In this document: positions 12,111 through 27,261 of the stretch, piece after piece
Layout of the letters: the number at the start of each line of letters is the position of its first letter
Numbering within the stretch: the stretch's first letter is position 1
Assembly (NCBI RefSeq): GCF_037042905.1
Contig: NC_087245.1
Location: 10,294,001-10,358,000 of the forward strand
Direction: 5' to 3'
Origin: Lytechinus pictus
Taxonomy: Eukaryota
DNA length: 64,000 bases
Notes under the pieces: generated by a model
What the model was told of the DNA's origin: nothing
The model's database searches: none
What the model saw: only the letters and a program-made list of their open reading frames with translations
Translations under genes and position numbers: made by a program

Positions 12111-15100
12111 ATTCTGTTAATCGTTGTTAGTGTACTTTATCTTGAGCTTCATCATTATACAAACACTTTGATCACTTCGGATACTCGGTATTTGGTTATT
12201 TCTGATGATGATTTTCTGCAATTTCTTTCGTTATTATTTTATGGTTATAGGGTACTTGCCACTTTGGAAGCAGTTTATTTGGTGATTCATATTAATTGTT
12301 ATTTCTTATGTCTCTATCTGTTAGGTTTATCGACTGCCTTAATGGGGTGTTACAGATATCAATTTTAAAGATATGTTAAGCCATCATTAGCATAATTTTC
12401 ACCCAGAGTCATTTGCTGTTTTTCATCTCATAAATCAGAACTTTCCATTAACGAAGATTACCGAATTCCACCTGCACGATATCGTTCAAAGACTTGAATA
12501 CTTTGACAATACATTATAAGAGTGGGACTTCTCAACCAGAAATAGGTTGTCTTGAGTTGTAATTTAGGCATCGTGATACAGATTCGATGAGTCTATGCGA
12601 ATTATTACCATAATGTGGCCCCCAGCGTTAAAAAGTTGCAATTTAGGTTTCTTTTCATTTCATTTCCTGTTCAGCGTGCGCCATTAAGACTTGATGTAAG
12701 CTCCTGAATGCGCCATACATTTCTTGGTCTTTTAAATAGGAGTAAAGCTCTCAGTCCCACGAACCTAAATTAATGTGACCCAGAAGATTCAGAGTACCAT
12801 GACGTAAGAAACCTGGCTTGAGATATTCGGTTGTAACGTAGGCCTATATACTGTAGAACAGGGGATGTACTTGGGTTTTACATCTGATGTTAGATTAAGG
12901 TGTCAGATAATTTAAGAAAAAAAATATTAGTAATAATATGTCAACATAGCTTTCTCCTTATATTCCCCGCTCTCTTACACTCTTAATAAAGTCTATACAG
13001 TATTTCTTATTACTTACAATAAATGCCCTGTTAACATTCTTTGCTGTTGGCTATATATTCCTAAAAGTGTATTTTACCATATTTCTCTGTTTTCCCTTTT
13101 TTATATTGCGCTTTGAAACATGATGTATTTCGGGAGAAAGTACCACATCTTCGTAGATACAGAAAGTTTTTTATACATATATATAAAATCAAACCTAAAT
13201 GCCGAATACTTAAATCTCCGACACATAATAAGCATCCTCTGAAAGTATCACTGTTGGAAATGACCTCTCTAAACAACAATAGAATATTACTTACTTTTTC
13301 TTGTTGGATTCTGTTGAAATTCATCTCTCTTTTTTATCTTTAGTGTCCACAACCATGGACCAACAACTCACGGAATATTCATATAACTTTATTGCAATCT
13401 TTATTTTAACAAAATATTATCAGAAATATAAAATCCAGATTTGTTTGGATGTAGGTAGGCCTAATTATTGCCAAATAAAAACAAGGAATGGAATGGAATG
13501 GAAATGACAGTCACAGAAGTGCATATTGCCGATTATATATATACGTTTTATGTAAAACTCGTTTCACTAACTGAGCACTATTTACCCAACCTGGGCGAAT
13601 GGAATTATAATTGAAATAGCGCCATCTACATTCTGCTGCCTCGTATTGGAAAAAGCATAGCCGCCGGGAGGAACATTTAGAGATAAAATCTCTGTCATCA
13701 TGATTATAAATTTGCTGCTAAACTAAATTCAGTAAATTAAATCCTAAAACAAAATGATCCTCGTCTCACTTAACAATTTTTTAAAGCAAATTCAGTCAAA
13801 CATTTCAGAGTCAAACACTAAGTTCAGACCAAAATAATAAAGTATATCGTTAGGAGTATACATTAAGCTTATTTCTTTAGAAATGGACCATAACATGCAT
13901 GGGCATACCAGCATTATGTATTACATTTCGATTTCGATTAATAAAGGCTGTCACTCAAAAGAATCTCAGCAAACCTGACTGAATGATTAAGTCTGTTATC
14001 ACTAAGTTAGGGGGAACATCTTCCCAAATGAGTTGCCCCCGCCCCCCCCCCCCTTGAATTTGCGCTTTACATCCCAGTCCTCATGAATAAACTCAATGAT
14101 CTCTTGACAAACAATTGTTTTCCCTACTTTCACCTTTAGAATACTGGAACTCTTACCCCATACCATTATGAGAGGAATAAAGTACCAAAGGTTCGTAGTT
14201 CCATTTTACAGTGCATAATTTATTACAACAATTCAGAGTGATTCAACACGCAGTTCGTTGCCTCAGTAGCTCTCCGAGATTTCATTGCACTCACTGAACG
14301 AAAATTACACATATTAAGAATTATGATTATGTATGACCTAATAATGAATAAATCCATGTAGCAGATGATTATATTAAATGGATGTTTTCTTCAAATACTA
14401 ATTTGCAATCCAAGTCTTTTTCGTTGCTTCTTGAAGATATGTTTTATATGTTTTACATTAGATGGAACAGGAAGATCTAACGTAGATGTCGAAGTATCGG
14501 AATATTATTCGTGTATTTATGATGTGAGGATGGGCGTGTGCGTGTGTGTGTACATTTTCATGTATTTATAGATGAATGTATTTCCATTTATTTTTTTCAT
14601 CTATCTTAGTATTTACATGTTAACTTATTCATTTATCTATCCATGAAACAGTTTCTTATATTTGAGTTAAAAACGCCCGAAGAACAATCTTTTCTGACTC
14701 TTTACACTAATTTATGACATTAACTAAATATTTTCACCCCCCTTTAAAGATGAAGTCAAAAGCGAAGTTGACATCTTTTCGGGATCTCCCCTGTTCTGTG
14801 CCATGATGTAGATAATCAAGACTCTTCTCGTTTCAGTTGATGTCCGTATCATCCTAGACCTATATAGAAAAATATGCCGAAGATGACGAAAATTGGGAGA
14901 TGGATCTGTGTCTGTGGGTGCGTGGGTTTGTGGGAAGGTTTGGGGGCGAAAAATTATAATAATCGTAACGACCACCATCATAACAAAATAAACAAGTTTT
15001 ATTCCGAATATCTCTCAACTAAAAAATCTTGACTATGTGCTCACAAGTTAGAATATATCTATTCAGTTACCCATTTATTGATTGTTGATTGCCCCTGATT

Positions 15101-15695
15101 TGAGTCAGGAAATGAGGCATTCATAAAGGATTTAGAATTCTTTGGTAATTTATTGGACCATTCTCAGTCTCATTTTACCCTCTGTCATAATTATAATCAT
15201 ACGTGCCATAATGATAAGGTTGAAGCGAGTGAAAAAAAACCTAGATGGTACGCCTGTACCCTGATCTACATCATGTATTCTGTTCTGTTTGATCACCATC
15301 TAATAAAATCACTTCGTGATGCTGCATGAGCGAATATTTCTCTGTCCTTGTCTGTCAATAAGTCTAAACTCTGAATCTATCTCTCTTCTTCCATCTCTCC
15401 CCCCTCTCTCTCTCTTCTCAATCCTTCTTTCTCTTTCTCTTCATTCCTCTCCCCTCTTTTTACTTTCCATTTTCCTCTTCATTTGCCTTCAGCATCATTT
15501 CACCTACCTCATTATGCCCCTTTCCGGACACTATATAAATTCGTTTTACCCCATCAAGTTCGCTTAAAATATTTGGTACCCAAGGTCATAATGTGCTTCT
15601 GGTTTCCTACTTTAAACCATAAAAGTTGTATTAATTATGCATAATTAAACGCTTTATCGACTCCCTTTGAATGCTGCTTGTTGTATAAATCCTTA

Positions 15696-15999
15696 GGCCC
15701 GTATTCTGAAGTCGGGTTTAACTTAAACTCAGGTTTAAAGTTGTGGTTTAAGTATGGACAGCCAATTGTTACATAAATCACTAACAACAGAAATATCATA
15801 CATCAGCTCATTCGGCTCTCAAATCATTCATAATTGTCTAGGAAGTATAAGTAGATAATTGTCTTCACCATCGATGAATCAGGATAGAGCACAGTAAACA
15901 TAAGAAACATACAACTTAATACAATTTTTGACACTTTTGGCTTCCCATAATTTTAGCACAGAGTTTATCTAAGATAAACCTGACTTCAGAATACGAGCC
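15696..15999. mobile_element. PIF/Harbinger-type MITE
   Basis: 25-bp TIRs GGCCCGTATTCTGAAGTCGGGTTTA / TAAACCTGACTTCAGAATACGAGCC (2 mismatches). TTA TSD at 15693-15695 and 16000-16002. Confidence 0.9.
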
Positions 16000-16029
16000 T
16001 TAGACATGATATTTCTCGGTATACTTCTT

Positions 16030-16104
16030 CTACTGCTACTGCTGCTGTTGTCACTACTACTACCACCAAAACCACTACCACTCTCACCACCACCACCACC
16101 AACA

Positions 16105-16192
<88 letters not shown>

Positions 16193-16208
16193 TACTACTA
16201 CTACTACA
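16030..16208. repeat. (ACT)n microsatellite with (CAC)/(CTG) flank
   Basis: Pure (ACT)n run at about 16105-16192; it explains the poly-Thr ORF. Confidence 0.95.
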
Positions 16209-17282
16209 TATCCATAATGATACAATTATACATTTTAATTAAAAGAGTATAATATGTTCTGTCTCTCTCTCCCCCTCTCATTCTTACTCTCTATCTCCCC
16301 CCTCTCTCTCTCCCTATTTTCCTCTTGTCCACCCCTGTCCCTCTTTTGAAGCTTTCTCTTTCTTCATCCACCCCTCTCTTGCAGCCCCTGTATAGGCCTA
16401 TATATCACCCTATTTTTTATATCTCCCTTTATCTTCTTTAATTTGGTGATAATTAATGCGCTTCTACTTAAAAAAAATAGTTTAAGTTAATCAATTTCAC
16501 CATTTTCCAATGAAGATCTATATTGAACAAATTGAATAATATCACTCTAACCGACTAATCCATTTACTCTCTGTCTTGAGTCTTAAACAATTACACAAAT
16601 CCGTTGTCAATCATCAAAATGAAAGACTTTACATCGGAATGTAAAACGCATGATCTGAATGTTTAGAATTAACATAATTTACTCAACGCCCCCCCCCACA
16701 ACACACACCCACACGCGCTCACATTTACATCAACAACGCCACCCCACTCCCAAACCCCCTGCCAAACCCATGTCATGGCGTTCTGACCTTTCCTTGGGAC
16801 TAAACAAACAGGATCTAAATCATACTTAAATATTGTTTACTTTGGTGCTGAATCTAGCCCAATTAGTCCAATTCTTGGGCGTCCTGGATCAAAAAACTTG
16901 TAGAGATTCTTAAATCAAGAACACTGTTATTCCAACTGACAAGCTCATTCATACGTAGGTGGGTTGGAAAGCTAGCCTTGTTCGCATGCTCTCTGTTAAA
17001 AAAAATATTCATCTGTTTTCATATTTCAGCATCGATCATTTCAGTTTCCGACAGTGTAGATCTCGATTTATCTAATTTCGCAGGTAAAATTACTAGTTTA
17101 ATTATATAGTTGCTTTCGAAAATTGTTATCAATTGAAATTGAATTTATTATTATTATTATTTTCATTATGCGTTTTAAACAAATTAAAATAAAGTTAAGA
17201 TTATATTGTCTGGCATAAGATCATTGAGTCTCATAAAATATTTCAGAACATCAAAATATACTATCGAAGAACAAAATAAGTA

Positions 17283-17419
17283 CAGGGCTTCAACCTCCAA
17301 CTTATGTTTCGATAAACGTATAGAAAAGCTTAAAAATGAGTGTGATTTTGATTGTGATTTTTTATTGCATGGCCGCCCCCCCCCCCCCCTCCATTGTCAA
17401 AAGCATTCCGCGGCCCCTG
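17283..17419. mobile_element. Partial copy of the 358-504 MITE family
   Basis: C-tract followed by the same right terminus TTCCGCGGCCCCTG. The left end CAGGG is weak. Confidence 0.55.
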
Positions 17420-20400
17420 TACTATAAGTTTATATTTCAGTAATAAATTGTTTTCTTAACTAATTTATTATATGCCTTAAAGTCGCGACGAGACGTACTG
17501 GAAAAGAGGCTAGTTTTAGAACCAATAATCTTCCCCAGAGGCGATAAGTATAAAGGATGGTCCAGTGTAGGGTAATGCCCCCTGCTCTTCGAAGAATTGA
17601 CGAAAAGTGCCTTTTAAAATTAATAATGATGAAATAAGTCTCTTCACACGACAGAGTGAAACATAAAGTTAACCAACCACAAAACCTTTACTTGTATTAT
17701 GTTTATGGGCGGCCATTAGGGGGTATTGTCATTTGAACGTATAAACAATTAACTACATTAATAAAAAGCGAATAAAAGCAACATTATTAATCGACAACAT
17801 TAAGTTTGATACTTAGTATCAATGATAATTATGGAAGCAGTTCCTATCTTTTTTTAAAAACTGTTTTATGTTTATTGAAAAATAAGTAAATACTTTACAA
17901 TTCCTTTTGCGTTTCTAATTACTTTATTGTTGTTTTGTTTTCTGTTCATTTGAATGGATCATCCTAGAATTATATTCATTATTAAAAAATATATATACTT
18001 CCATTTTGAAATTTGTCATTGATTGATTGATCTCTCGTTTAAATTGAAAAGTCGTCAACATGTATTATTTCTGCTTGGTTTATTATTAATTTGTTTTCAA
18101 ATCTACCAAAATTTTGGCATTAATAAAAACCCATTTGTGCAATTTGTTAACTCTAAGTTATGCCGTGTCGTGTGAATAGAACTATATGTAGATAGACAAG
18201 GTGATAATGCCTCCCAAACGGATGTATTATTGGTTTGATGGACAGTTTAAAATCCTTTAATGGGATTGGTGGATCTTTATTCTTGGTTCAGTGGGGGTGG
18301 AATCCAGAGAACTTGAAGGTTTCTCTGGTTTAGGCTAATGGGGGTAACTATACTTAGCTGATTGCTTTCATTGTTCTAATGCTGAGTGCTGAGTGATGGA
18401 CTATATTTTGTCTCGTACTTGGGTATGTTTTCTTGTTATTTAGTCGGAAGTGGGAGTGGGGGTCTTCCAGAGGTCAAGTCCACCTTAACCATCGAATTAC
18501 TCATTTTGCATTTATCATATGATATTTCGAATAATTGTCTGTCTGCTTTCAATGAACAACATTGTTTGTAAATAATGGAACACTTAAAAACTGCATTAAG
18601 GTTTTGGCAAAATTGATAGAATTTTCATTTTTAAAGTATGAATACATTGTCGGATGATATTAAAAGAAGACTTAATAAAAAACAAATTGTGATTAAGAAT
18701 ACGATGTAAATATTTTAAGGGGTAAGATCTACAAATAAAATGTTAAACATTTTTCGTGTAATTATTTTTCGGCTAAAAAGGCATGATACGAATGTTTTCT
18801 ATTTCGTATATTGTTTTCTGACATAAAAACTTTATGTTCACATCGCCTTTATTAATAAAAGGATTAATATTATCTGTACAGAGACTTAGAGAGGGCGTGA
18901 AATTCGATTAGCTTTTGAATTGAGAGGGGGAGATAGGAAGAGTAAATGAATACATGTTCATTACTTAGTTTAAGATATACTTTTCTATTCCAAGACCGTA
19001 TGCTTTCAAAATAAACCTTCAGACATGAGAGAGCCCGAAACCTCCCGCACTGGACTCCTATAATATATAGCTCCCTCTCTTGGAAAAAATAAGATAAACT
19101 AACGAAAAATTGATTGATATAGAACTTATTATGAAATATTACACACAATTTTTTTGTATTGTTTGTTGTTGATAGCTTGTTAAAGACCTATAAAACATAG
19201 ACACAAGTAAAGTCTGGTATAAACCTATATCCTGGTCTAAAAAACAACAACAACGTATATCAAAATCGGAAATAGACAGAAGAAGCCTTTTTATAGGCTC
19301 AATATGGTATCTTACGCATTTCGTTCTCCTCTCCCTGTTGAGAAAAAAGAGAGGGGAAACATAGCTACTTGTATGGTTAGAAGAAATAGTTTATCAAAAT
19401 ATGCCATAGGCTTCGATTGTCCACAACATTTCGCTTGATTTAATCCTAACAAAAGATTGTATTCCTACAATCATGCCAATATGTTCGCATTCTCTCTTTC
19501 TCTCTCTCTCTCTTTCTGATATTCTCCTTCCTATTTATATTGGATGTAAGTTGGGAATGTCATTTCATTAAAAAAAATCACAGATGAGAAGGCCTATTTG
19601 AGATTGTGATAGCGTGTGTATGGTGGATGTTGAGAAAACGATACATTATTTCGTTACAGTTTTTTTGAATTTGCTCATACCCGTTTACCGATTCATTTCT
19701 TGATCATTCTTTCGTGTGTTTTCTCTTTCACTTAGTGCATTGTTTATTTTCATTCATTTACTTCTTGAAATTCTATCTGATATTCTCTATACTCATTCCA
19801 TTTTATTGATTCAATTATAAGTATGATTTGCCTTTTGAGGAATGAATTTATTAAACTATAATTTTCGCCTGCTATATGGGTACATGGTTTAGCAAGAGGT
19901 AGATAAAGATTGATGATAACAACTAAAACAACAAGAATCCTGTGATAAAAGTTTATAAAAAGTATATGATATCCTGAAAAAAAAAGAAATAATATTCGTC
20001 GTAGCGAAGATCTCTCTTGCATCTAGGTTGGTCTTTAACCCCCTTCCAAGCCCCCACCCCTTCCCACAAGAAATCCCCCTTTTTTTTTTATGTATGAAAT
20101 ACTCTGCCCCAGTAATCTACATCTTCAGCATTTTTAAGCTTTTAATCAATGTTGTTATTGTTGTTGTTTATTATTGTACTACTTAATTTTTGTTGACCCT
20201 ATTCCCATCTATAACGATTTGTTTGGTTAATCCATTATCCATTTAATTTTTGAAAGAAAATGTAATATTTCACAGAGACTGCCAGAGAACAGAGTGAGCT
20301 TATTAATATCCTCTTTCTAATAACAATAACATGAGAGGGGGAGGAACCTGGAAATAAAAGCGCCTGTATCGTTTGATGATGATAACAAGGCACCGCTAGG

Positions 20401-23400
20401 ATGATAGGTGATAATGACAATAGCAGTTTGAAAATTGCGCTATTCTATGAAATATATATATATCCTTTATTTCCATTGGGATTTAGACAGTACTATCTAC
20501 CCGTATAAAGGGGGTATAGACAGTGCTATTGACTGGGGATAAGTGTATAATGTACTATTTTGACATGATATATCACCAGGCGAACGACCACAATAACGAT
20601 GAACTTTTTGATGGAGTTCACTGAAATCTCATTAGTTCCCCAATTCACACACAGGATTTTAATTCTGTTACGTTTAAGTCGGTCACACAGCAGTATAAAT
20701 TAAATACCATTGGAAATGTATCAATTTGTCAACAATAAAGGAAACAATAAAGGAAAATAAAAGTTAATAATGAATTAAATTTTATATAGATTACTCCCTG
20801 CAGACTAGACTAAATAATTTGAGTAATTCTAACTTTAAAACCTTGCTTATCATGCAATCTGACAAAAATCTGTGCCAGTAGAACGGTTAGGGGAACCTGA
20901 ATTTTTCGAAATTTGGGGGGCACTCGAAAACGAGTGGCTTTCAGACTGACGAGATGAGTTGTTATAATAGGACATATTACATAATACTGCAAGAGAGAGT
21001 AGCGAGAGATCATTGAAAATAAAACAGGTTAGTCAAAGTAGATTTTAATCACGGGTTCAAATTTCAGAGAAAAATGGGCAATTATTAAAAAATAGGCAAA
21101 TATCAGAGGATAATATACCTACACGCTATGCAATTTTGTATAATTATTTACGTCTGGGCCGACATTTAACTCCATCATCCGAAAGACGTGACAAGGACTC
21201 GAACCTAGCAACTTCTCCCTGCAGCTTGGATTCCAGGTGCACTGCACAGTGCCCAAGTCTATTTACCGCTATCCTACCCCCCAAAAAAAACCCACAACAA
21301 CAAAAATCCAGTATAAGTTTGACTTATGAATTTGTGCTTCTTGGTGTGGTTGGTTTTGTGACTGCATTTCTGAGCGAAAGGTTTATGTTCTGTGGAACAT
21401 ACTGACTATTGATTGACACAATGTCTTGACATTTATTCCTATAATCCTTTAAGACCCATTCTTATGATACATCTCACCTGCCAGTTAATTTCCCAATGTG
21501 AATTGGGCCCTTGGGGCTCAAACAAAAACCGAGGATACCATTTAGGCACGTGAAAACCTTGTTTTAATTTATTCGCCCTCGCTAATGGGTCTCATTTTCG
21601 AGCCCATTATCTGGTGGGACCAGCGAGGCATCTAAGAACGATTCGACATTCAGATGTCAGATATAGATACAATGTAAGGAAGATTTATTGGATGTTATCT
21701 CTTTGTGAAGAAGACCGATTATCCAAGGGTGCTCGGTTGAGATTTATTTTATTTTTCTGTCAACATTGTGAGAGAGGATTCTTTTTTCAGACACTGATCG
21801 AGGATAAAAGAGTTCACGGACAACCTTACTTTACAGAGGCGCCGATGTTCAGTGCTCGAGGGATAGGGGTGGGGGAGGGGGCATCCCTGCGGTTAGCTGG
21901 TGTCAAAGGTTCATGGTTCAATATTCTACAGAATGCTTATAAACGAGATTTTTTTGTTACATATTATAGGCGCAGACGTGCATGGACCTAGTCTAGCGGT
22001 TTGTGGTCCACCGCTTGATGAACCGAGGCCAGGACAAGGATTCAAGACTTATCATAATCACAATGGTATACAGTATTCGTACAAAATGAGAAAAGGCAAC
22101 CAGAATGGATGAAAATAATCATTCAAGGTATATGTTTAGATTGTTGCATGTAACTAGATTGATGAACATGTAAAAGGACATGCATCACACAATGCAAACA
22201 GGACATCTCAATTCGTTTTTCATTTTCTGAAAATGTGGGTCCCATCTAATATTTTTAATACAAAGCAAAGAAGAATTCAGAGTTGATATTTATTTCATAT
22301 AGTAATGGAAATATAAATGAAGTATTTGCTATATCATATATGGACGCGACGCTGATAAAGGCAAGTTTTGTGAAATGTCATTATAACTAAAAATACAAAG
22401 ACAGACATAAAGGCTACATGAATGTACCAGAAAAGTCATCATCCCCTTTCTGTAAACCATCGCATGACAACCCTCAATAAGGAAGTGCGTCTACCCTCTC
22501 TGTCTTTTTAACCCTCTCTCATTCCAAAGTTATGATTCGTCTGTTATTTACCTAAATCGAACGATTTGATTTCCAAAACGAAATGACATCTTCATTTCTG
22601 TCTAATCCACGGCGTATGATTGATACTTCTGCCTTTACGGCCTCTCATCTTTTGTGAACCCTCTAAAAATGAAAAAAAAAATAGGAATCTGCTCCGTCGC
22701 CTTTTGTTAGCACGAAATTAGAGCTGACAACTCGGACAAGCCTCCTATTCAAGAGGGGAATAATAAATGCGTCTGCCCTTTCTTTCTCAATGTTTCATTC
22801 CAATATGCCTGGAGAGTGAGAGAGAGAGAAGAGAAATGAAAGAGGGGGGGGGGAGGGTGTATATCACTTCTGTTTCTCTTATGGTTGTTAAAATTGTCAC
22901 CGAAACATTAATCATGACTATTCGTGTGATTTTATATCACTCAAAGACCAATCAAAGAAAACAACAACAAAGAGTGGGGTCTTAACTTACTAAATTGGTT
23001 TATCAGATTATATTTAATCACAAGAGAGCAACGTACCAACCATAATTCCTTCATAAGAATTAAATTGCATGCCAATTTCTTACCAAATCACATGCTTATC
23101 ATGAGCGAGCTCATCGACCGAGAAAAAAAGGTGAGACTGTAATTTCATCATCAAATTAGACTATCTAGCCTAAGCATGGCAACTCTTATACATCTACAAA
23201 AAAATTTCAAGATCTTTTAATTTTAGTTGCCGATCAAACATTGAAAAAAAAAATGATTCGCGTCAGTATGTATACGCTTTTTTTCATCCTCAGAAGACAT
23301 TTTTTTTTTTTTTTTTGGGGGGGGGGGTACACTTAGGGTTGAGGCAAGGGCGGAAAACCGAACGTATTCTATTCGTGGTAACAGCAACAGTAAAGAGATC

Positions 23401-24054
23401 GTCAGTTCAAGGTGGGCCTCCTTTCTTGTGGTTTGCTATTCATCCTTCAACAACTTCTGTGCCATTTTATAAGCATAGAGGTTAATAGAGCCCGAAGTTA
23501 AGTTTTTTTATTTTGCTCAACTCTACCCTTTTGCTCATTTCCTTCATGTGTCTCATAACATTTATATATATATATATATGATATCCCGCGTTAATGGATA
23601 CACTATGCCTTCCTCCCGACGAAGGACCATTGAAGGGCCTGTAAGGCCCTGACTCGAGTTTTAAACGTGTACCCTATCATCATGATCCGGACTTTGAAAT
23701 GACAAATTCTCCGGCGAGTTTTTGTCTATATATTTTTCTTCTTTCTCGGCCCTCTATCTCATTACAAATAATTGGAAATACTTCATTATATGAAAAATGG
23801 GATAATTACACTATGGCCCTGGACAGCGGCACCCCCAATATCTTCCTTTGGGGTGCTGCGTGTATTATCTTCTGTAGACAGCACCCCCTGGGATTCTGGA
23901 AGGTGTTTTAAAAAAATGAGAAATCTAACCCAAATGACCTTCATTTTGTAGTGAACCCCCTTTTTTTCTTGCTTTTCAAATTTCTCGGACCCAAAATGAT
24001 CTCCATTTTGTAGTGGAAATCCCTTTTTGAGGGAGGGGGGGGGGGGGGGGGCCT

Positions 24055-25108
24055 AGAATTCGTACGTTTTTCGTAAGAATGCCTTGAGTTATTCTTTCGT
24101 CAGACTTAGGGCCATTTTATGATTTCTGTTTTCGCAAGATATTCATAGTACGTGGAACTCACGGCAATCTCAAGTCATTCGTACAAAGATTTTACGAATT
24201 TGTCTATATTTTGTCGGATTGTAAGGAATACGCTACCGTGACATGTCGAAAACTATGTAACTGTAGAAAGTTTGATACTTTCAAAATGGCATATCTCTCA
24301 CTCCCTTTTTTTGTAAAAACAATCATTGTCACCGAAAAAATCAACGACCTTTTGTTCTGTGGTGGCATTAAATTCATTTTCTCCTTCTTTGGTTTTCCCG
24401 TTACCTCATCTTCCTCACAATCACCCTGTCGTCTTGATGGTTCTCCCTCGTCGTGTTCGTCCTCGTCATGTTCCACCACCACCTCCTAGTCACTTCCAAT
24501 GTCCATCAATTCTTGATGAAGAGGCTGTTGCTGCAGCTCTCCCCCTTTCGCTCCTTCCTCATCATCTCTCTCATTTCTTTTCTTCCCGTCGCCCTTTTCC
24601 CTTTGAGAGATTTCCCTTTAGATCGCACATTTCTTCAATAGGTGATACGTATTTGTTGAACTCCACGAGCAGAGTGAAGATTGAACTACGCGCGTTTGGC
24701 TTTATTATCCTCTAAAACTACACGAACGCCTTACAAACTCCAAGAGTCGCCCGTAAGAGCGCCGTACGAATTATCAGTTCGTAAGGTGTTCTTACGAACG
24801 CCTTAAGAGCACTCTACGAACAACTTAAGGCCTTCTTACGATCATCGTAAGAATAAAGGCTTCTAGAATTGTATTCTGATCCTAAACAATCGTGGTTCTT
24901 ATGATGTGCGTACGGCCGCCTTACGAAGAGATGGTTTCGTACGAAGTTGAAAAATAATCTTTGACAAGACCATCGACCAAACTGCGAACACACGAACGGT
25001 CTACGAACGCTGGTCTCGTACGGCCTTCTTGAGAAGATCTTACGAAATGGTCTAAAAATCGTTCGTACGGCGTTCGTAGCAGTTCGTACTGGCATTTGTG
25101 ACCGAGCC
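24055..25108 (-). mobile_element. Non-autonomous Harbinger-like element with CGTAAG/CGTACG subterminal repeats and a decayed Myb/MADF-like ORF start
   Basis: The minus-strand terminus is GGCTCGGTCACAAATG at 25108. TACGAA/CTTACG/CGTAAG motifs are dense at 24720-25090 and 24055-24200. An internal acidic peptide is followed by (frameshifted) MNLMPP.EQKVVDFFGDNDCFY.K.SERY. Confidence 0.55.
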
Positions 25109-26232
25109 TATAAGGCCATGTGTTTGATTACAATAACTTATATTATAAAAAAATAACGAAGCACATTTATCTTGACTTTTAGCAGGGCTGATGTTACGCA
25201 CTCTGCATGCATTTCAATATTAGCAAAATTCATGCAAGGTTCTCATTTACCCCACTTGGATTGAAAGCAGATATCTAGAATTCAAAATAGTGCCCTAAAT
25301 AAAATAAAAAAATGAAAAGATAGGGATAGCTCATGCTAGTCAAACAGCATTATTTCCCGCACGGATCTCCCCCAAAAGCATCAGAGTATAACTTCCTTTC
25401 ACCCTCTATACTCCCCACACCGTACCAATCACCGTGCATTCGTCATAACTTCTTGACCATGTTGATAAGACCGTATCAGCTACTGCACTTCGTCCGTGTA
25501 GCTTCCGTGTTTACATCAGGAAGGAGAATCTGGATGGCGGATTTTGGTGAGACCAACCACGCAATTATTGGAAACCGATCTAAGAGACATCCATTAGGGA
25601 CAAGACAATGATGAAAGAGTCAAAGAAAAAAGAGTGAATCTGATCAAGGGGAATGCCTAAAATAATAAATCACCATGGACCGCCATCTAATTCGGCTGCG
25701 ATAATTGTGATTGCTCTCTTATAACTTTCTTCCATTGTGATTCTTTAATTTAGCACCCCCCCCCCTCTTACTCTCTCCCTCAATCTTTTTATTTCATCTT
25801 CTGCTGTGTTTGGACTGTGTTTATGGCCGCAGGCATTCCGAACAATTGGGATTTCACCAAAAAATATGGTGTCAACTAGGGTCAAATTCAGGGAACCAGT
25901 TTGCCTTGGGCCTGTCCCCAATCAACTATAGGTCCCAAGCGATGACATTGGCATCGGCCCCATGAACTTCACACCGTGTTGGGTTTCCTTCACAAACATT
26001 CCCATTCGTCCTATCGCGGCAGAGTATCGCTTACTACTGGCGACAGAGCCGAAATTCAAGGATGTTTTGTCCTCGTCAATAATGTAACATGCTCAAAATG
26101 GACCCCCTCAACGGGCTTCAAACCAAGAACCTATAAGCAGCGAGAAACGTGAATATCCCCTTGCCTGAAAGAAATCTCTTGCCCAAAAAATCTTAAAGCC
26201 AGAGTCCAAAGTTATTACAGTGGCCTATTATG

Positions 26233-26365
26233 CAGGCACAGATCCAGGGGTGGGGGACAAAGGAGGCACGGTGGGAACGTGTCTTTTCTTTTGGGGGGAT
26301 TTTTTTTGCACTTTTTTTGGGGGGAGGTGCATGCCGCCTTTTAGTAAATCATGGATTCGCCTACG
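26233..26365. mobile_element. Degenerate GGCGGATCC-family poly-G MITE
   Basis: CAGGCACAGATCCAGGGG ... TGGATTCGCCT termini. No clear TSD. Confidence 0.45.
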
Positions 26366-27261
26366 AGAAATATCAATAATGTTTCAATTCATTTAGAGAA
26401 TATAACTGTTATTGATTAAAGTAACTAGATAAGGATATAGTTGCGATTGATCAATGAGGAGGGGCCAAATCATGCTTATGTTTATGAAACTAAACTTACT
26501 GATATGATTTCTAATAACACAATACGTAAGAATAATAAGTGTATGATCAACTACCTCATATAGCATTCAATCGTGCTGTTCGTATTACTGTTTTGTGAAA
26601 CTAAGCAAAAATGTTAAAGTGCCATAACCCTCTGACTTTACATGATTTTTGTTTTTCTTTTCAGTGTAATGTCTGTATTTTCTTCTTTAATTCAGAGCGA
26701 TTTATGTCGGGGTGGAATTGCTATAGTCAACTGGTTATAGTAACGTATCAGTACCACACCAAGAGGAGGGATAGGAGCTTCATATTATCACGATGGTAAA
26801 TAATACTTTATCGTCATAGAAAAGTTTGTTTCCCCTGGCTCTGTTTGCTCGCTCGTAATTGAAAAAAATGATTTCGGACAGCTACCAATACAAATACTGG
26901 ACAAATACGATGTCATGAAAACATCGTCTTAGCAAGGCATGAACGGTGTGCAAAGATGTAATATTTTCTATACTAGTGCCAAAATTCCTTCTCGAAATAA
27001 GACAGGAGAGCAATGTTTTTGTTTTATTATCATTTTCGAAGAAAATTGAATGTGTATGGGCCTTTGCCTTTCAGAAACCTCTTAAAAGTCCCCGTTCCAA
27101 TTAGCATTCGAATTAGATATCAGACTGAGATAGAACGTCTAGTGTCCAAACCAATTCATTCTACATTCGAGGGAATGTTTATTCCGTCCTGCTAGTCTGC
27201 AACCTATTTGAAGTCTTAAAAATAATTCATTAAATTGTTCAAGTTGAATAGATCTGCCTAA

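Noticed and set aside
16006..16242. Signal peptide plus mucin-like poly-Thr ORF
   Set aside because: Entirely explained by CTG/CAC/ACT microsatellites, with no splice or homology support.
18870..19148. Tx1-like ORF2 fragment (GGFGL..YF..SW) on the minus strand
   Set aside because: Only a few residues across frameshifts; too weak to call.
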